From Cyanobacteriota bacterium (GTDB lineage: Bacteria; Acidobacteriota; Vicinamibacteria; Vicinamibacterales; UBA2999): a stretch of DNA of 64,000 nucleotides. The notes under the pieces are model-generated. The model had not been told where the DNA came from and ran no database searches. It saw only the letters and a list, made by a program, of their open reading frames with translations. Below, piece by piece: positions 35,453 through 44,662 of this stretch (position 1 is the first letter of the stretch; each line of letters opens with the position of its first letter). Position numbers and translations under genes: made by a program. The DNA is taken from the NCBI GenBank assembly GCA_019752015.1, contig JAIEMQ010000006.1, positions 8,842 to 72,841 on the forward strand. Reading direction: 5' to 3'.

Positions 35453-36922
35453 ATGCAGACCGGCTCTTATATCAACGGCAAGTGGTATCAACCCGCCTCG
35501 AAAAAGATTTCGAAGAACATCAATCCCGCTGATACGAGCGACGTCATCGCCGAATATCCGCTGGCGACGGCCGCGGACGTGCGAACGGCGATCGATGCGG
35601 CCGTGAAGGCCTGGCCGGCGTGGAAGAAGACGCCCGGCCCCGAGCGCGGGCGCGTGCTGTGGCGCGCCGCGGACATCGCGCGCCGGCGTGTCGACGAGAT
35701 CGCGCAGACGTTGACGCGCGAGGAAGGCAAGATTCTCAAGGAAGCGAAGGGCGAAGTGCTGAAGGGCATCTCGCTGCTCGAGTACTACGCCGGCGAAGGC
35801 TTCCGCATGCACGGCAAGACGCTGCCGTCGGAATCGCGCGACACCTTCACCTACACGATCCGCCAGCCGCTCGGCGTCGTCGGGCTGATTGCGCCGTGGA
35901 ATTTTCCGTGGGCGATCCCGGTGTGGAAGAGCGCGCCGGCGCTCGTGGCCGGCAACAGCGTGGTGTTCAAGCCGGCCGAGCTCACACCCGCGACCTCGGT
36001 GCTGCTCGCGGAAATCTACGAAGAGGCGGGTCTGCCGGCCGGCGTCTTCAACATGCTGGTGGGATCAGGATCGGAGGTTGGCGAAGCGATGGTGCACGCG
36101 CCGGAGCTCCGCGCCATCTCCTTCACCGGCTCGAACAAGATCGGCGGCGAGCTTTATGTGAAGGCCGCCAAACGCGGCGCCAAGGTGACGTGCGAAATGG
36201 GCGGCAAGAACGCGGTCATCGTGATGCCTGACGCGGATCTCGACAAGGCCGCGATCGCCATTCACGGCGGAGCGTTCGGCTCGACGGGGCAGCGTTGCAC
36301 CGCAACCTCGCGCGTCATCGCGCATCCCGACGTCAAGAAAGCTCTCCTCGATCGTCTCGTTGCCGCCGCCGAAAAGATCAAGCTCGGTCCGGGCCTCGAC
36401 ACGGCGTCGGACATGGGGCCGTCGGTCGACGAGAAGCAGTGGAAGACCGTGATGGACTACATCAAGGTCGGGCAGGGTGAAGGCGCGCGCATGCTGACCG
36501 GCGGCTCGCGGCCCGAATCGCTCAGCAACGGCTTCTTCGTCCAGCCGACGATCTTCGACGGCGTCTCGCCGTCGATGCGCATTTTCACGGAAGAAATCTT
36601 TGGACCGGTGCTGTCCGTCGCGACGGCATCGTCCCTCGACGAAGCGCTGAAGTTCGCAAACAGCGTTGAATACGGCTTGACGACGTCGATCTTTACGTCG
36701 GACATCACGTCGGTGATGAAGTTCATCGAAGACGTCGAGACGGGCATGGTGCACGTCAACGAGCCGACGGTCGGCGGCGAAGCGCAGCTGCCGTTCGGCG
36801 GCACGAAATCCACAGGTGTTGGCGAACGCGAAATGGCTGAGGAGGGTTTGAACTTCTTTACAGAGATCAAGACCGTCTTCATCAACTATTCGGCGTCCAC
36901 CGAGCGCTCGTTGACGCGTTAA
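35453..36922 (+). CDS. NAD(P)-dependent aldehyde dehydrogenase
   Basis: About 489 aa (GTG 35450 or ATG 35453). Protein has YINGKW, FTGS..IG, ELGGKN-type EMGGKNA and catalytic GQRCTA. Confidence 0.9.
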   Translation: MQTGSYINGKWYQPASKKISKNINPADTSDVIAEYPLATAADVRTAIDAAVKAWPAWKKTPGPERGRVLWRAADIARRRVDEIAQTLTREEGKILKEAKGEVLKGISLLEYYAGEGFRMHGKTLPSESRDTFTYTIRQPLGVVGLIAPWNFPWAIPVWKSAPALVAGNSVVFKPAELTPATSVLLAEIYEEAGLPAGVFNMLVGSGSEVGEAMVHAPELRAISFTGSNKIGGELYVKAAKRGAKVTCEMGGKNAVIVMPDADLDKAAIAIHGGAFGSTGQRCTATSRVIAHPDVKKALLDRLVAAAEKIKLGPGLDTASDMGPSVDEKQWKTVMDYIKVGQGEGARMLTGGSRPESLSNGFFVQPTIFDGVSPSMRIFTEEIFGPVLSVATASSLDEALKFANSVEYGLTTSIFTSDITSVMKFIEDVETGMVHVNEPTVGGEAQLPFGGTKSTGVGEREMAEEGLNFFTEIKTVFINYSASTERSLTR

Positions 36923-36931
36923 CATCGATCC

Positions 36932-38161
36932 ATGAAGCGTTCCGGCGTTGCGGATCTGCCATTGCACGGCGGACGTGTGCCGCAGTGGCTGGCGACGCGC
37001 ATGACCACCCTGGGCACGGCGATCTCCGAGAGCGTTCTGCACCACTACGGCTCTTCTGCGCTCCTCAGCAGGCTGAGCGATCCGTTCTGGTTCCAGGCGA
37101 TGGGCAGCGTGATGGGGATGGACTGGCACTCGTCCGGCATCACCACCTCGGTGCTTGGCGCGCTCAAGCGCGGACTCAATCCGCGCGCGCACGAGCTCGG
37201 CATCTACATCTGCGGCGGCCGCGGCAGGCATTCACGCAACACGCCGGCGGAGTTGCGCACCATCGCGGACAAGACCGGACTCGACGGCGACGCGCTCGTT
37301 CGCACGAGCCGGCTCGCCGCGAAAGTCGACAACAACGCGATCGCCGACGGCTTCCAGATCTACCTGCATGGGTTCATCCTCGCGAGCAACGGCGAATGGG
37401 CGATCGTGCAGCAGGGCATGAACGAAGGCACGCGGCTGGCGCGCCGCTATCACTGGCATTCCGCCACGGTGAGGGACTTCACCTGCGAGCCGCACAATGC
37501 CATCGTCGGCGAGAACCACGGCGTCATTCAAAACCTCGTCGACGAACGCGCCAAACCCGCGCAGGACGCGCTGCTCGCGATCGCCAACGACAAGCCGCAA
37601 CGCACGCTCACCGAAGTGATGAAGATGCGGATGCCGGTCCATCACGACGTGCGCGCGAAGAACGTCGACCTGACGCGGCTCGGCGCCGTGCTGGCGGTGT
37701 CGCACGATCGCAAGCTGCGCGACTTCGCGTCGCTGCTGTTGATGGAAAACGTCGGCCCGCGGACGCTGCAGACGCTGGCGATGATCGCGGAAGTGGTTCA
37801 CGGCACGCCGACGCGCTTTGCCGATCCGGCGCGCTTCTCGTTCGCGCTCGGCGGCAAGGATCGCCATCCGTTTCCCGTTCCGCTCAAGACCTATGACGAG
37901 TCGATCGCGGTGCTTCGCCGCAGCCTCGACGCCGCGAAAGTCGGGGACACCGAAAAAATCGATGGGATGAAACGCCTCGAAAAATTCGTGCGGGCGGTGG
38001 AGCAGCGCTATTCGCCCGAAGCCGATTTCGACGCGGTGATGGCGCACGAACACGCCATTTCGAAATCCCTCGACGGGCGGTCGGCCTTCGACCTTTCGAC
38101 TTCGCTCAGAGCAAGCGACGTCAAGCCACGCCGTCGCGCGCAACTCTCGCTGTTTGATTAG
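36932..38161 (+). CDS. DUF763 domain protein
   Basis: 409 aa with ADLPLHGGRVPQWL..MGMDWHSSGITTSVLGALK..YICGGRG. 9-nt gap after the aldehyde dehydrogenase. Confidence 0.8.
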   Translation: MKRSGVADLPLHGGRVPQWLATRMTTLGTAISESVLHHYGSSALLSRLSDPFWFQAMGSVMGMDWHSSGITTSVLGALKRGLNPRAHELGIYICGGRGRHSRNTPAELRTIADKTGLDGDALVRTSRLAAKVDNNAIADGFQIYLHGFILASNGEWAIVQQGMNEGTRLARRYHWHSATVRDFTCEPHNAIVGENHGVIQNLVDERAKPAQDALLAIANDKPQRTLTEVMKMRMPVHHDVRAKNVDLTRLGAVLAVSHDRKLRDFASLLLMENVGPRTLQTLAMIAEVVHGTPTRFADPARFSFALGGKDRHPFPVPLKTYDESIAVLRRSLDAAKVGDTEKIDGMKRLEKFVRAVEQRYSPEADFDAVMAHEHAISKSLDGRSAFDLSTSLRASDVKPRRRAQLSLFD

Positions 38162-38301
38162 CCGAACGGCCCCCTGAGTCGAAGGTTGACCGCTCGTTCA
38201 ACAGAATTTCGTAACTTCTTGTCACGGCGCCGCTGCAATTCAAGAACACAGCGGTAATATTTCTCCCTTAACAATTGCCACTTTGGAAGGAAAGGGGCTG
38301 T

Positions 38302-41178
38302 ATGCATTTGACTTATAGGCGGATGGTCGTCGTCCTGGCGCTGGTGGCGACGATCGCCGGGCCGGCGTGGGCGCAGCAACAGACGGGCAGCATCAGCGGA
38401 CGCGCGGAAGATACGAGCGGCGCGGCGCTGCCTGGCGTGACGGTTTCAATCACCAGCGACAACCTGATCGGCGGACCCCGCACCGCCGTCACCGATGAAT
38501 CGGGCACGTATCGCTTCACCCTGCTGCCCGGCGGCAAGTACACCGTGAAGTTCGAGCTGTCGGGCTTCGGCACCTTGAACATCGAAGCCGTGAGCCTCAA
38601 CGCCGGCGGCGCCGCGACGATCAACGGCAAGCTCAATCTCGCGACGATCCAGGAAACCGTCACCGTGACGAGCCAGTCGCCGACCATCGATCTCGAATCG
38701 TCGAAGGTCGCGGTCAACTGGGATCAGCAGAAGCTCGATGAGCTGCCGTACTCGCGCAGCCTCACCGGACTCGTCTCGCTCATCCCCGGTCTCTACGCGA
38801 CGTCGCTCGACGTCGGCGGCTCGAGCTTCGGCACCGGCTCCGGTCCCGCGGCGCGCACGTTCGGCCGCACCGGCGGCGGCGTGGTCAGCTACGACGGCAT
38901 GATCTGGGATCAGACCTACGGCGACTTCGGCACCTACGAAGAAGCGCAGATCACGACGGCGGCCAAGGGCGCCGACTCGATGAATCCCGGCGTGACGATG
39001 AACCTGGTCGTGAAGTCGGGCAGCAACACGTTCAAGGGCACCGGATCGGCGAACTATCAGTCGGGCGATTTCCAGAGCACCAACGTGAACGCGGAGTTGC
39101 TGGCCAAGGGGTACGCGCCCGGCACCAACAAGTTCACCAAGCTGCAGGATTACTACGCCGAGGCCGGCGGTCCGATCATGAAGGACAAGTTGTGGTTCTA
39201 CGCGAGCCACCGGGATGCGTCCTCGGGCAACTTCATTCCCGGCTTCGTCCGCTTGTCGGATCGGCAGCAGGTCGAGTTCTACACGAAGCTGCAGGATCCC
39301 ACGGCGAAGATCACCTACCAGATCACCAAGAACAACAAGTTCGAGGCGATGGCGCAGGTCGGCCGCAAGTGGCAGCCGTATCGCAGCGCCAGCCGGTTCG
39401 TGCCGCTCGAGTCGACGCAGAACCAGGATTCGTGGTCACTGGTGGGGCCGTCGTTCAAGTGGCAGTCGGTGCTGACGCCGAAATCGACGTTTGAAAGCAG
39501 CCTGCAGCGCGGCGGCTACTGGTGGCCGGACGTGCCATGGACGAGCGATGTCAGAAAGACCGACCTCGCGACCAACAACGGTCCGACGCGCGGCGCGTTC
39601 CTCGAGACCGATCGCAAGCCGCGGCGCTGGCAGTACGGCGCGACCTATGCCTATTTCGCGGAGCTGGGCGGACGCAATCACGAGCTGAAGACCGGTTACC
39701 TCGGCTGGCGCAACCTGCAGGAAACGACCAATATCGGATATCCGAACCAGCAGCAGTACCGCTATCGCAGCGTGGCCGGCGATCCCGGGTGCAACGAGGC
39801 CAGCAACTACGACGGCTGCTTCACGCGCCCGGATTCGGTGCTGGTCTACGACTATCCCAATACGACCGCGTCGGGCGAGTGGTACAACTCGGCCTACTTC
39901 AACGATCGCATCACGGTGTCCCAAAAGCTGACGGTGAACGCCGGCGTGCGCTTCGATCGCTACTCCAGTTTCCTGCCGAAGCAGGGCAACCCGGGCACCG
40001 GCCCGTTTGCGACGCAGAACATCTTCGAATACAAAGGCGAGAGCAACTACCCGATCTATTCGACGGTGGTGCCGCGCGTGTCCGCGGTGTACGACCTCAC
40101 CGGTCAGGGCCGCATTGCGGTGCGCGGCAGCTATGGCCGTTACGTCGGCGGCAGCTCGGGCGCCTCGGCGAATCCCGGCCCGGGCGCCGCGGACGTCAAT
40201 CCGAACGCGATCATCACCCGCACCTATTCGAACTGGGACGGCTCCATTCCGTATGTGCCGGGGGCCACGACCCCGACCTCGACATCGGGCGGCGGTCTCA
40301 ATCGCACGATCGATCCCAATCTCAAGGGACCGTACGTCGACGAGTACACGGCCGGCGTCGATGTCGGCCTGAACCGCACGATGACGCTGCAGTTCAACTA
40401 CGTGCGCAAGATCGACGGTAACGGCAACAAGTCGATCAACCTGGCGCTGCCGTACGACGCCTACACGGTGACGACCACCGGTGTCGATGCCGGCCCCGAC
40501 AACCTCGCCGGCACGGCGGACGATCAGACGTTGACGGTCTACTCGGTGCCGCGCACGTATCCGACGTTCGGCCAGAACATCGAGCGCATCGTGCAGGCGG
40601 AAGGCAACAACCGCTATCACGCGATGGGCGTGACGTTCAACAAGCAGTATTCGAACAACTGGTCGTTCCTGTTCTCGTTCGATACCGACTATCGCGACCT
40701 GCGCAACAACGCGCCGCGCAACCCGAACGAGGCGCTCTATGGCCCGGGCACCACGACCGGCAACAACTACGGCGTGCAGAACTTCCAGTTCGCGAAGCCG
40801 TCGTGGAACTACGCCGTCCGGTTCAGCGGCAGCTACCTGATGAAGTGGAACATCACCTACGCATCGTCACTGTTGATGCAGAGCGGTGATTACTTCTTCC
40901 GCGAAGTGCAGATTCGCGATGCCCTCGGCACGCAGCTGCCGATTCGCATCAACCCGCAGGCCGGCCGCTACGGATGGACGAGGATCTGGGACAACCGCTT
41001 CTCGAAGCGCATCAAGACGTGGCGCAACCAGTCGATCGAGGGCGAGATCAACATCTACAACACGCTCAATCTCAACACGATCACAACGCAGACGAATCGT
41101 ATCGGCGCGACGTTCCTGCAGCCGACCGAAATTCTCGCGCCGCGCGTGATGAAGTTTGGTGTGAAGTACCGCTTTTAA
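38302..41178 (+). CDS. CarboxypepD_reg-domain TonB-dependent receptor-like outer-membrane barrel
   Basis: Met10 of ORF 38275..41178. Signal peptide ..IAGPAWAQQ, then GSISGRAEDTSGAALPGVTVSI..YRFTLLPGGKYTVKFELSGF. About 958 aa, C-terminal KFGVKYRF. Confidence 0.85.
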   Translation: MHLTYRRMVVVLALVATIAGPAWAQQQTGSISGRAEDTSGAALPGVTVSITSDNLIGGPRTAVTDESGTYRFTLLPGGKYTVKFELSGFGTLNIEAVSLNAGGAATINGKLNLATIQETVTVTSQSPTIDLESSKVAVNWDQQKLDELPYSRSLTGLVSLIPGLYATSLDVGGSSFGTGSGPAARTFGRTGGGVVSYDGMIWDQTYGDFGTYEEAQITTAAKGADSMNPGVTMNLVVKSGSNTFKGTGSANYQSGDFQSTNVNAELLAKGYAPGTNKFTKLQDYYAEAGGPIMKDKLWFYASHRDASSGNFIPGFVRLSDRQQVEFYTKLQDPTAKITYQITKNNKFEAMAQVGRKWQPYRSASRFVPLESTQNQDSWSLVGPSFKWQSVLTPKSTFESSLQRGGYWWPDVPWTSDVRKTDLATNNGPTRGAFLETDRKPRRWQYGATYAYFAELGGRNHELKTGYLGWRNLQETTNIGYPNQQQYRYRSVAGDPGCNEASNYDGCFTRPDSVLVYDYPNTTASGEWYNSAYFNDRITVSQKLTVNAGVRFDRYSSFLPKQGNPGTGPFATQNIFEYKGESNYPIYSTVVPRVSAVYDLTGQGRIAVRGSYGRYVGGSSGASANPGPGAADVNPNAIITRTYSNWDGSIPYVPGATTPTSTSGGGLNRTIDPNLKGPYVDEYTAGVDVGLNRTMTLQFNYVRKIDGNGNKSINLALPYDAYTVTTTGVDAGPDNLAGTADDQTLTVYSVPRTYPTFGQNIERIVQAEGNNRYHAMGVTFNKQYSNNWSFLFSFDTDYRDLRNNAPRNPNEALYGPGTTTGNNYGVQNFQFAKPSWNYAVRFSGSYLMKWNITYASSLLMQSGDYFFREVQIRDALGTQLPIRINPQAGRYGWTRIWDNRFSKRIKTWRNQSIEGEINIYNTLNLNTITTQTNRIGATFLQPTEILAPRVMKFGVKYRF

Positions 41179-41282
41179 AGGTCTTGAGGTCTTGAGGTCT
41201 TGAGGTCTTGAGGCCGTGAGGTCTTGAGGTCTTGAGGCCGTGAGGTCTTGAGGTCCTGAGGCCTTGAGGTCTTGAGGTCCTG
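41179..41282 (+). repeat. 13-unit period-8 microsatellite (AGGTCTTG)n starting at the base after the stop codon
   Basis: Units: AGGTCTTG x8, AGGCCGTG x2, AGGTCCTG x2, AGGCCTTG x1, in strict 8-nt register. The same unit repeats x3 at 61461..61484 on the minus strand. Confidence 0.95.
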
Positions 41283-41289
41283 AAATCGG

Positions 41290-41325
41290 GCGCGTTCGGT
41301 GCTTACCGGACGCGCTCGTTTTCTG
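41290..41325. terminator. intrinsic-terminator-like hairpin between convergent genes
   Basis: GCGCGTTCGGT-gctt-ACCGGACGCGC (11-bp stem, 1 mismatch) followed by TCGTTTTCTG on the plus strand. It overlaps the stop of the minus-strand small ORF. Confidence 0.6.
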
Positions 41326-41557
41326 TACGGTCATCATCATCGTCCGCGTGCTCGAAGTCGTGCGCGGCGGCTTTGTCGGCGACGACCACCTCGATCGCCT
41401 TGCGTTTGTCCTCGTTCATCATCCCGTAGACCGCGCCGGCCGCGCCGGCGCCGATGTGCCGGCGCCGCGTCTTTGCCCGATAGAAGGCAAAGCCGGCCAG
41501 GGTCATCATCACCAGCCAGATCGCGGCGCCGCCGAGGGTCTCGACGTCGAATTCCAT
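41303..41557 (-). CDS. small single-TM protein with acidic tail (84 aa), hypothetical
   Basis: Met20 of ORF 41303..41614: MEFDVETLGGAAIWLVMMTLAGFAFYRAKTRRR..DDDDD. GGAG lies 6 nt upstream of the ATG. Confidence 0.5.
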   Translation of the reverse strand: MEFDVETLGGAAIWLVMMTLAGFAFYRAKTRRRHIGAGAAGAVYGMMNEDKRKAIEVVVADKAAAHDFEHADDDDDRTENERVR

Positions 41558-41563
41558 ACGGGG

Positions 41564-41610
41564 CTCCGTCCCCCATTTTCTCCCTGTCCAAGGGATGATT
41601 GGGGACGGAG
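41564..41610 (-). promoter_or_regulatory. 10-bp perfect hairpin that would sequester the SD of the small ORF
   Basis: Minus-strand RNA: CUCCGUCCCC-N27-GGGGACGGAG-CCCCGU-AUG. The loop contains an inner CCCU/AGGG stem. Confidence 0.4.
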
Positions 41611-41670
41611 TCACGGACGACGAAAGATTTCGTAAACCGAATCAGGCGTTATTCCGTCAAACCATCCGGT

Positions 41671-44169
41671 ATGCCCAACATCCGCCTTGCCCTGCGCACG
41701 CTGTTCAAGTCGCCGTTCATCACGCTGGTCGCGATCCTGTCGCTGGCCCTCGGAATCGGCGCGAATTCAGCGATTTTTTCGCTGTACGACCAGATGATCA
41801 TGCGATCGCTCCCTGTCCCGCATCCGGACGAGCTGGTCAACTTCAAGTCGCCGGGACCGAAGCCGGGATCGAATTCGTGCGGGCAGGCGGGCAGCTGCGA
41901 CGAAATCTTCAGCTACCCGATGTTCAGGGATCTCGAAAAGGCGCAGACCAGCTTCACCGGCATCGCCGCGCATCGCAACTTCGGCGGCAGCTTTGGCTAC
42001 CAGGGCACCTCGCTCGGTGGAAACGGATTGTGTGTATCCGGCAGCTACTTCCCGGTGCTCGCATTGACGCCGGCGCTCGGGCGCCTGCTCACGCCGGAGG
42101 ACGACACGACCGTCGGCGCGCATTTCGTCGTGGTGCTCTCGCACGATTACTGGCGCACGCGCTTCAACCTCAACCCCAACGTCCTCAACGAGACGCTCGT
42201 CGTCAACGGCCAGGCGATGACGATTGTCGGCGTCGCGCCGGAGGGCTTCAACGGCACCACGCTCGGCGACAACCCTGATGTGTTCGTGCCGCTGACCATG
42301 CGCGGCTTCATGCAGCCGGGGTTCAACGGTTTCCAGAACCGCCGCCAGTACTGGGCCTACGTCTTCGCGCGCCTGAAACCGGGCGTGTCGATCGAGGAAG
42401 CGACCACCGCCATCAACGGGCCGTATCACGCGATCGTCAACGACGTCGAAGTGCCGCTGCAGAAGGGCATGAGCGATCAGCGGATGGCGGAGTTCAAGGC
42501 CAAGCTGATCACGACCGAGCCCGGCAACCGCGGCCAGAGCAGCTTCGACAACGAGGCGCGGGTGCCGCTGCTGATCCTGCTGGCGGTGACGTTCACGGTG
42601 CTGTTGATTGCGTGCGCGAACATCGCGAACCTGCTGCTGGTGCGCGGCGCCGGCCGCGCCGCGGAGATGGCGGTGCGCTTGTCGATCGGCGCCAATCGCC
42701 GGCAGTTGATCACGCAGCTGCTGACCGAATCGATCCTGCTGGCCACGTTCGGCGCCGTCGCAGGCTTGTTCGTCGCGACGTGGACGCTCGACCTGATCGC
42801 CAGCTTCATGCCGCAAGACGATGGGCCGCTGGTGTCGTTCGCGCTGAGCCCGACGATGCTCGTCTTCGCGGCGGTGGCGGCGATCGCGACCGGCATCATC
42901 TTTGGAGTATTCCCCGCGCTGCACAGCACGCGTCCGGACCTCGCATCGACGTTAAAGAACCAGGCCGGGCAGCCCGGCGGCGCCAGGGCGGCACGCCACT
43001 TCCGCACCACACTCGCGACGGTCCAAATCGCCATGTCGATGGCGTTGCTCGTTCCGGCCGGTCTCTTCGCGAAGAGCCTTTTCAACGTCAGCAAGGTCGA
43101 TCTCGGCTTGAAGACCGATCACATGGTGCTCTTCAGCATCGCGCCGGAGTTGAATTCGTACACGACTGAGCGTACGCGCCAGTTGTTCGAGCGCATGGAG
43201 GACGAGCTCGCCGCGATCCCTGGAGTGACAAGCGTCGTCGCGACGATCGTGCCGGTGCTGGCCGGCGACAACTGGGGCAATAGTCTCGCCGTCGAAGGCT
43301 TCGATGCGGGGCCGGACACGAACACCAACGCATCGTTCAACGCGGTCGGCCCGGGCTACTTCAAGACCATGGGCATCGCGCTGATGACGGGCCGCGAGTT
43401 CACGCGCGCGGACGCAATCGGCACGCCGAAAGTGGCGATCGTCAACCAGGCGTTCGTGAAGAAATTCAATCTCGACAACCCGCTCGGCAAACGCATCGGC
43501 GTCGGCGGTGGCGCCGGCAGCAAGCTTGCAATCGAGATCGTCGGCGTCGCGCAGGACGCGAAGTACAGCGATGTGAAGCAAGCGGTGCCGCCACAGTACT
43601 TCACGCCCTACCGGCAGGAAGAGCGCCTTGGCTACGCGAACTTCTACATCCGGACCGCGACGCCCCCGGAGCAGATGCTCTCGACGATCCCGGCGATGAT
43701 GCGCAAGCTCGATGCGAGCCTGCCGCTCAGCGACATCAAGACCATGGAGCAGCAGATCCGCGAGAACGTGACGCAGGATCGCATCATCAGCACGCTGTCG
43801 CTCGGCTTTGCGCTGCTCGCCACGATCCTGGCGTCGATTGGTCTCTACGGCGTGCTGGCGTATACCGTCGCGCAGCGGACGCGCGAGTTCGGGTTGCGCA
43901 TGGCGCTCGGCGCCGACGGCGGCACGGTGCGCGGGATGGTGATGAAGCAGGTGGCGAAGATGGCGCTGGTCGGCGGCGTCATCGGTATGGCGCTGGCGAT
44001 CGGCATCGGCCGCGTCGCGAAGTCACTGCTCTTTGAGATGGAAGGTCACGATCCGATGGTGCTCACCGTAGCGGCGGTGACGCTGGCGTTGGTCGCGCTC
44101 GGAGCAGGTTTCTTGCCGGCGACGCGCGCAGCGAAGATCGATCCGATGAATGCTTTGAGGTACGAGTAG
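41671..44169 (+). CDS. ADOP-family duplicated FtsX/MacB-type ABC permease
   Basis: Met25 of ORF 41599..44169: MPNIRLALRTLFKSPFITLVAILSLALGIGANSAIFSL. Two FtsX blocks (LLIACANIANLLLVRG; REFGLRMALGA). About 832 aa. Confidence 0.9.
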   Translation: MPNIRLALRTLFKSPFITLVAILSLALGIGANSAIFSLYDQMIMRSLPVPHPDELVNFKSPGPKPGSNSCGQAGSCDEIFSYPMFRDLEKAQTSFTGIAAHRNFGGSFGYQGTSLGGNGLCVSGSYFPVLALTPALGRLLTPEDDTTVGAHFVVVLSHDYWRTRFNLNPNVLNETLVVNGQAMTIVGVAPEGFNGTTLGDNPDVFVPLTMRGFMQPGFNGFQNRRQYWAYVFARLKPGVSIEEATTAINGPYHAIVNDVEVPLQKGMSDQRMAEFKAKLITTEPGNRGQSSFDNEARVPLLILLAVTFTVLLIACANIANLLLVRGAGRAAEMAVRLSIGANRRQLITQLLTESILLATFGAVAGLFVATWTLDLIASFMPQDDGPLVSFALSPTMLVFAAVAAIATGIIFGVFPALHSTRPDLASTLKNQAGQPGGARAARHFRTTLATVQIAMSMALLVPAGLFAKSLFNVSKVDLGLKTDHMVLFSIAPELNSYTTERTRQLFERMEDELAAIPGVTSVVATIVPVLAGDNWGNSLAVEGFDAGPDTNTNASFNAVGPGYFKTMGIALMTGREFTRADAIGTPKVAIVNQAFVKKFNLDNPLGKRIGVGGGAGSKLAIEIVGVAQDAKYSDVKQAVPPQYFTPYRQEERLGYANFYIRTATPPEQMLSTIPAMMRKLDASLPLSDIKTMEQQIRENVTQDRIISTLSLGFALLATILASIGLYGVLAYTVAQRTREFGLRMALGADGGTVRGMVMKQVAKMALVGGVIGMALAIGIGRVAKSLLFEMEGHDPMVLTVAAVTLALVALGAGFLPATRAAKIDPMNALRYE

Positions 44170-44206
44170 ACCTGACAGCACCTGACAGGCAGACAGGCAG
44201 ACAGGG
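44170..44206. repeat. intergenic region made entirely of GACAGG-type 8-10-mers
   Basis: ACCTGACAGC ACCTGACAGG CAGACAGG CAGACAGG GTTAGACAG fills the 37 bp between two convergent stop codons. There is no hairpin. Confidence 0.6.
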
Positions 44207-44644
44207 TTAGACAGTGATCGTTTTTTCGACCTGGAAGATGTTGTTCTCCGTCTCCTGGATCGTCACTTCGATCGTGTAGCGAACGTTTCGCCCCGGATAC
44301 TGTTTCCGGATCACGTCGACGACGCCGTCGTAGACGTAATACGCGACGTTCTCGACGCTCGGCCCTTTCCCTTTCAGGATCACGACGCCCTCGGGCTCGA
44401 AGAATTCCGAGTTCATGAACGTCGTGTCGCCTTCGGTGACGAGCATCTTGTGATCCATGAAGCGCATCACGTTCTTGATGTCGCCGAATTCGAGTGACAT
44501 GTCGATGTCGTCGCGAGGGAACTCCTCCGCGGAAATCGTCACCTTGCCCTGCCAGGTGTGCCCGTGCACGAACTTGCACTTGCCCGGGTAGCCAAGCTGG
44601 CGGTGGCCGGTGTGAAACTTCGCGGTGACGATGATCCGTTCCAT
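44207..44644 (-). CDS. 6-pyruvoyl-tetrahydropterin synthase / QueD family protein
   Basis: Met30 of ORF 44207..44731: MERIIVTAKFHTGHRQL..CKFVHGHTW (C-x3-HGH). About 145 aa. Confidence 0.8.
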   Translation of the reverse strand: MERIIVTAKFHTGHRQLGYPGKCKFVHGHTWQGKVTISAEEFPRDDIDMSLEFGDIKNVMRFMDHKMLVTEGDTTFMNSEFFEPEGVVILKGKGPSVENVAYYVYDGVVDVIRKQYPGRNVRYTIEVTIQETENNIFQVEKTITV

Positions 44645-44654
44645 TGCTGATCTG

Positions 44655-44662
44655 ATTATAGT
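44655..44662. promoter_or_regulatory. overlapping divergent -10 boxes (ATTATAGT)
   Basis: Plus: TATAGT (44657..44662)-N7-ATG(44670). Minus: TATAAT (44660..44655)-N10-ATG(44644). The intergenic region is 25 bp. Confidence 0.5.

Noticed and set aside
38162-38301. Cobalamin or other riboswitch upstream of the TonB-receptor-like gene (a GCCACT motif caught my eye)
   Set aside because: The region is only about 140 nt and lacks the other conserved cobalamin-riboswitch blocks. The single hexamer match is insufficient.
41179-41282. CRISPR array hypothesis for the 8-mer tandem repeat, and the ORF 40867..41340 with PQDLTAS repeats
   Set aside because: The units are contiguous with no spacers, are far shorter than CRISPR repeats, and no cas genes are present. 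The ORF is just the antisense translation of the microsatellite.
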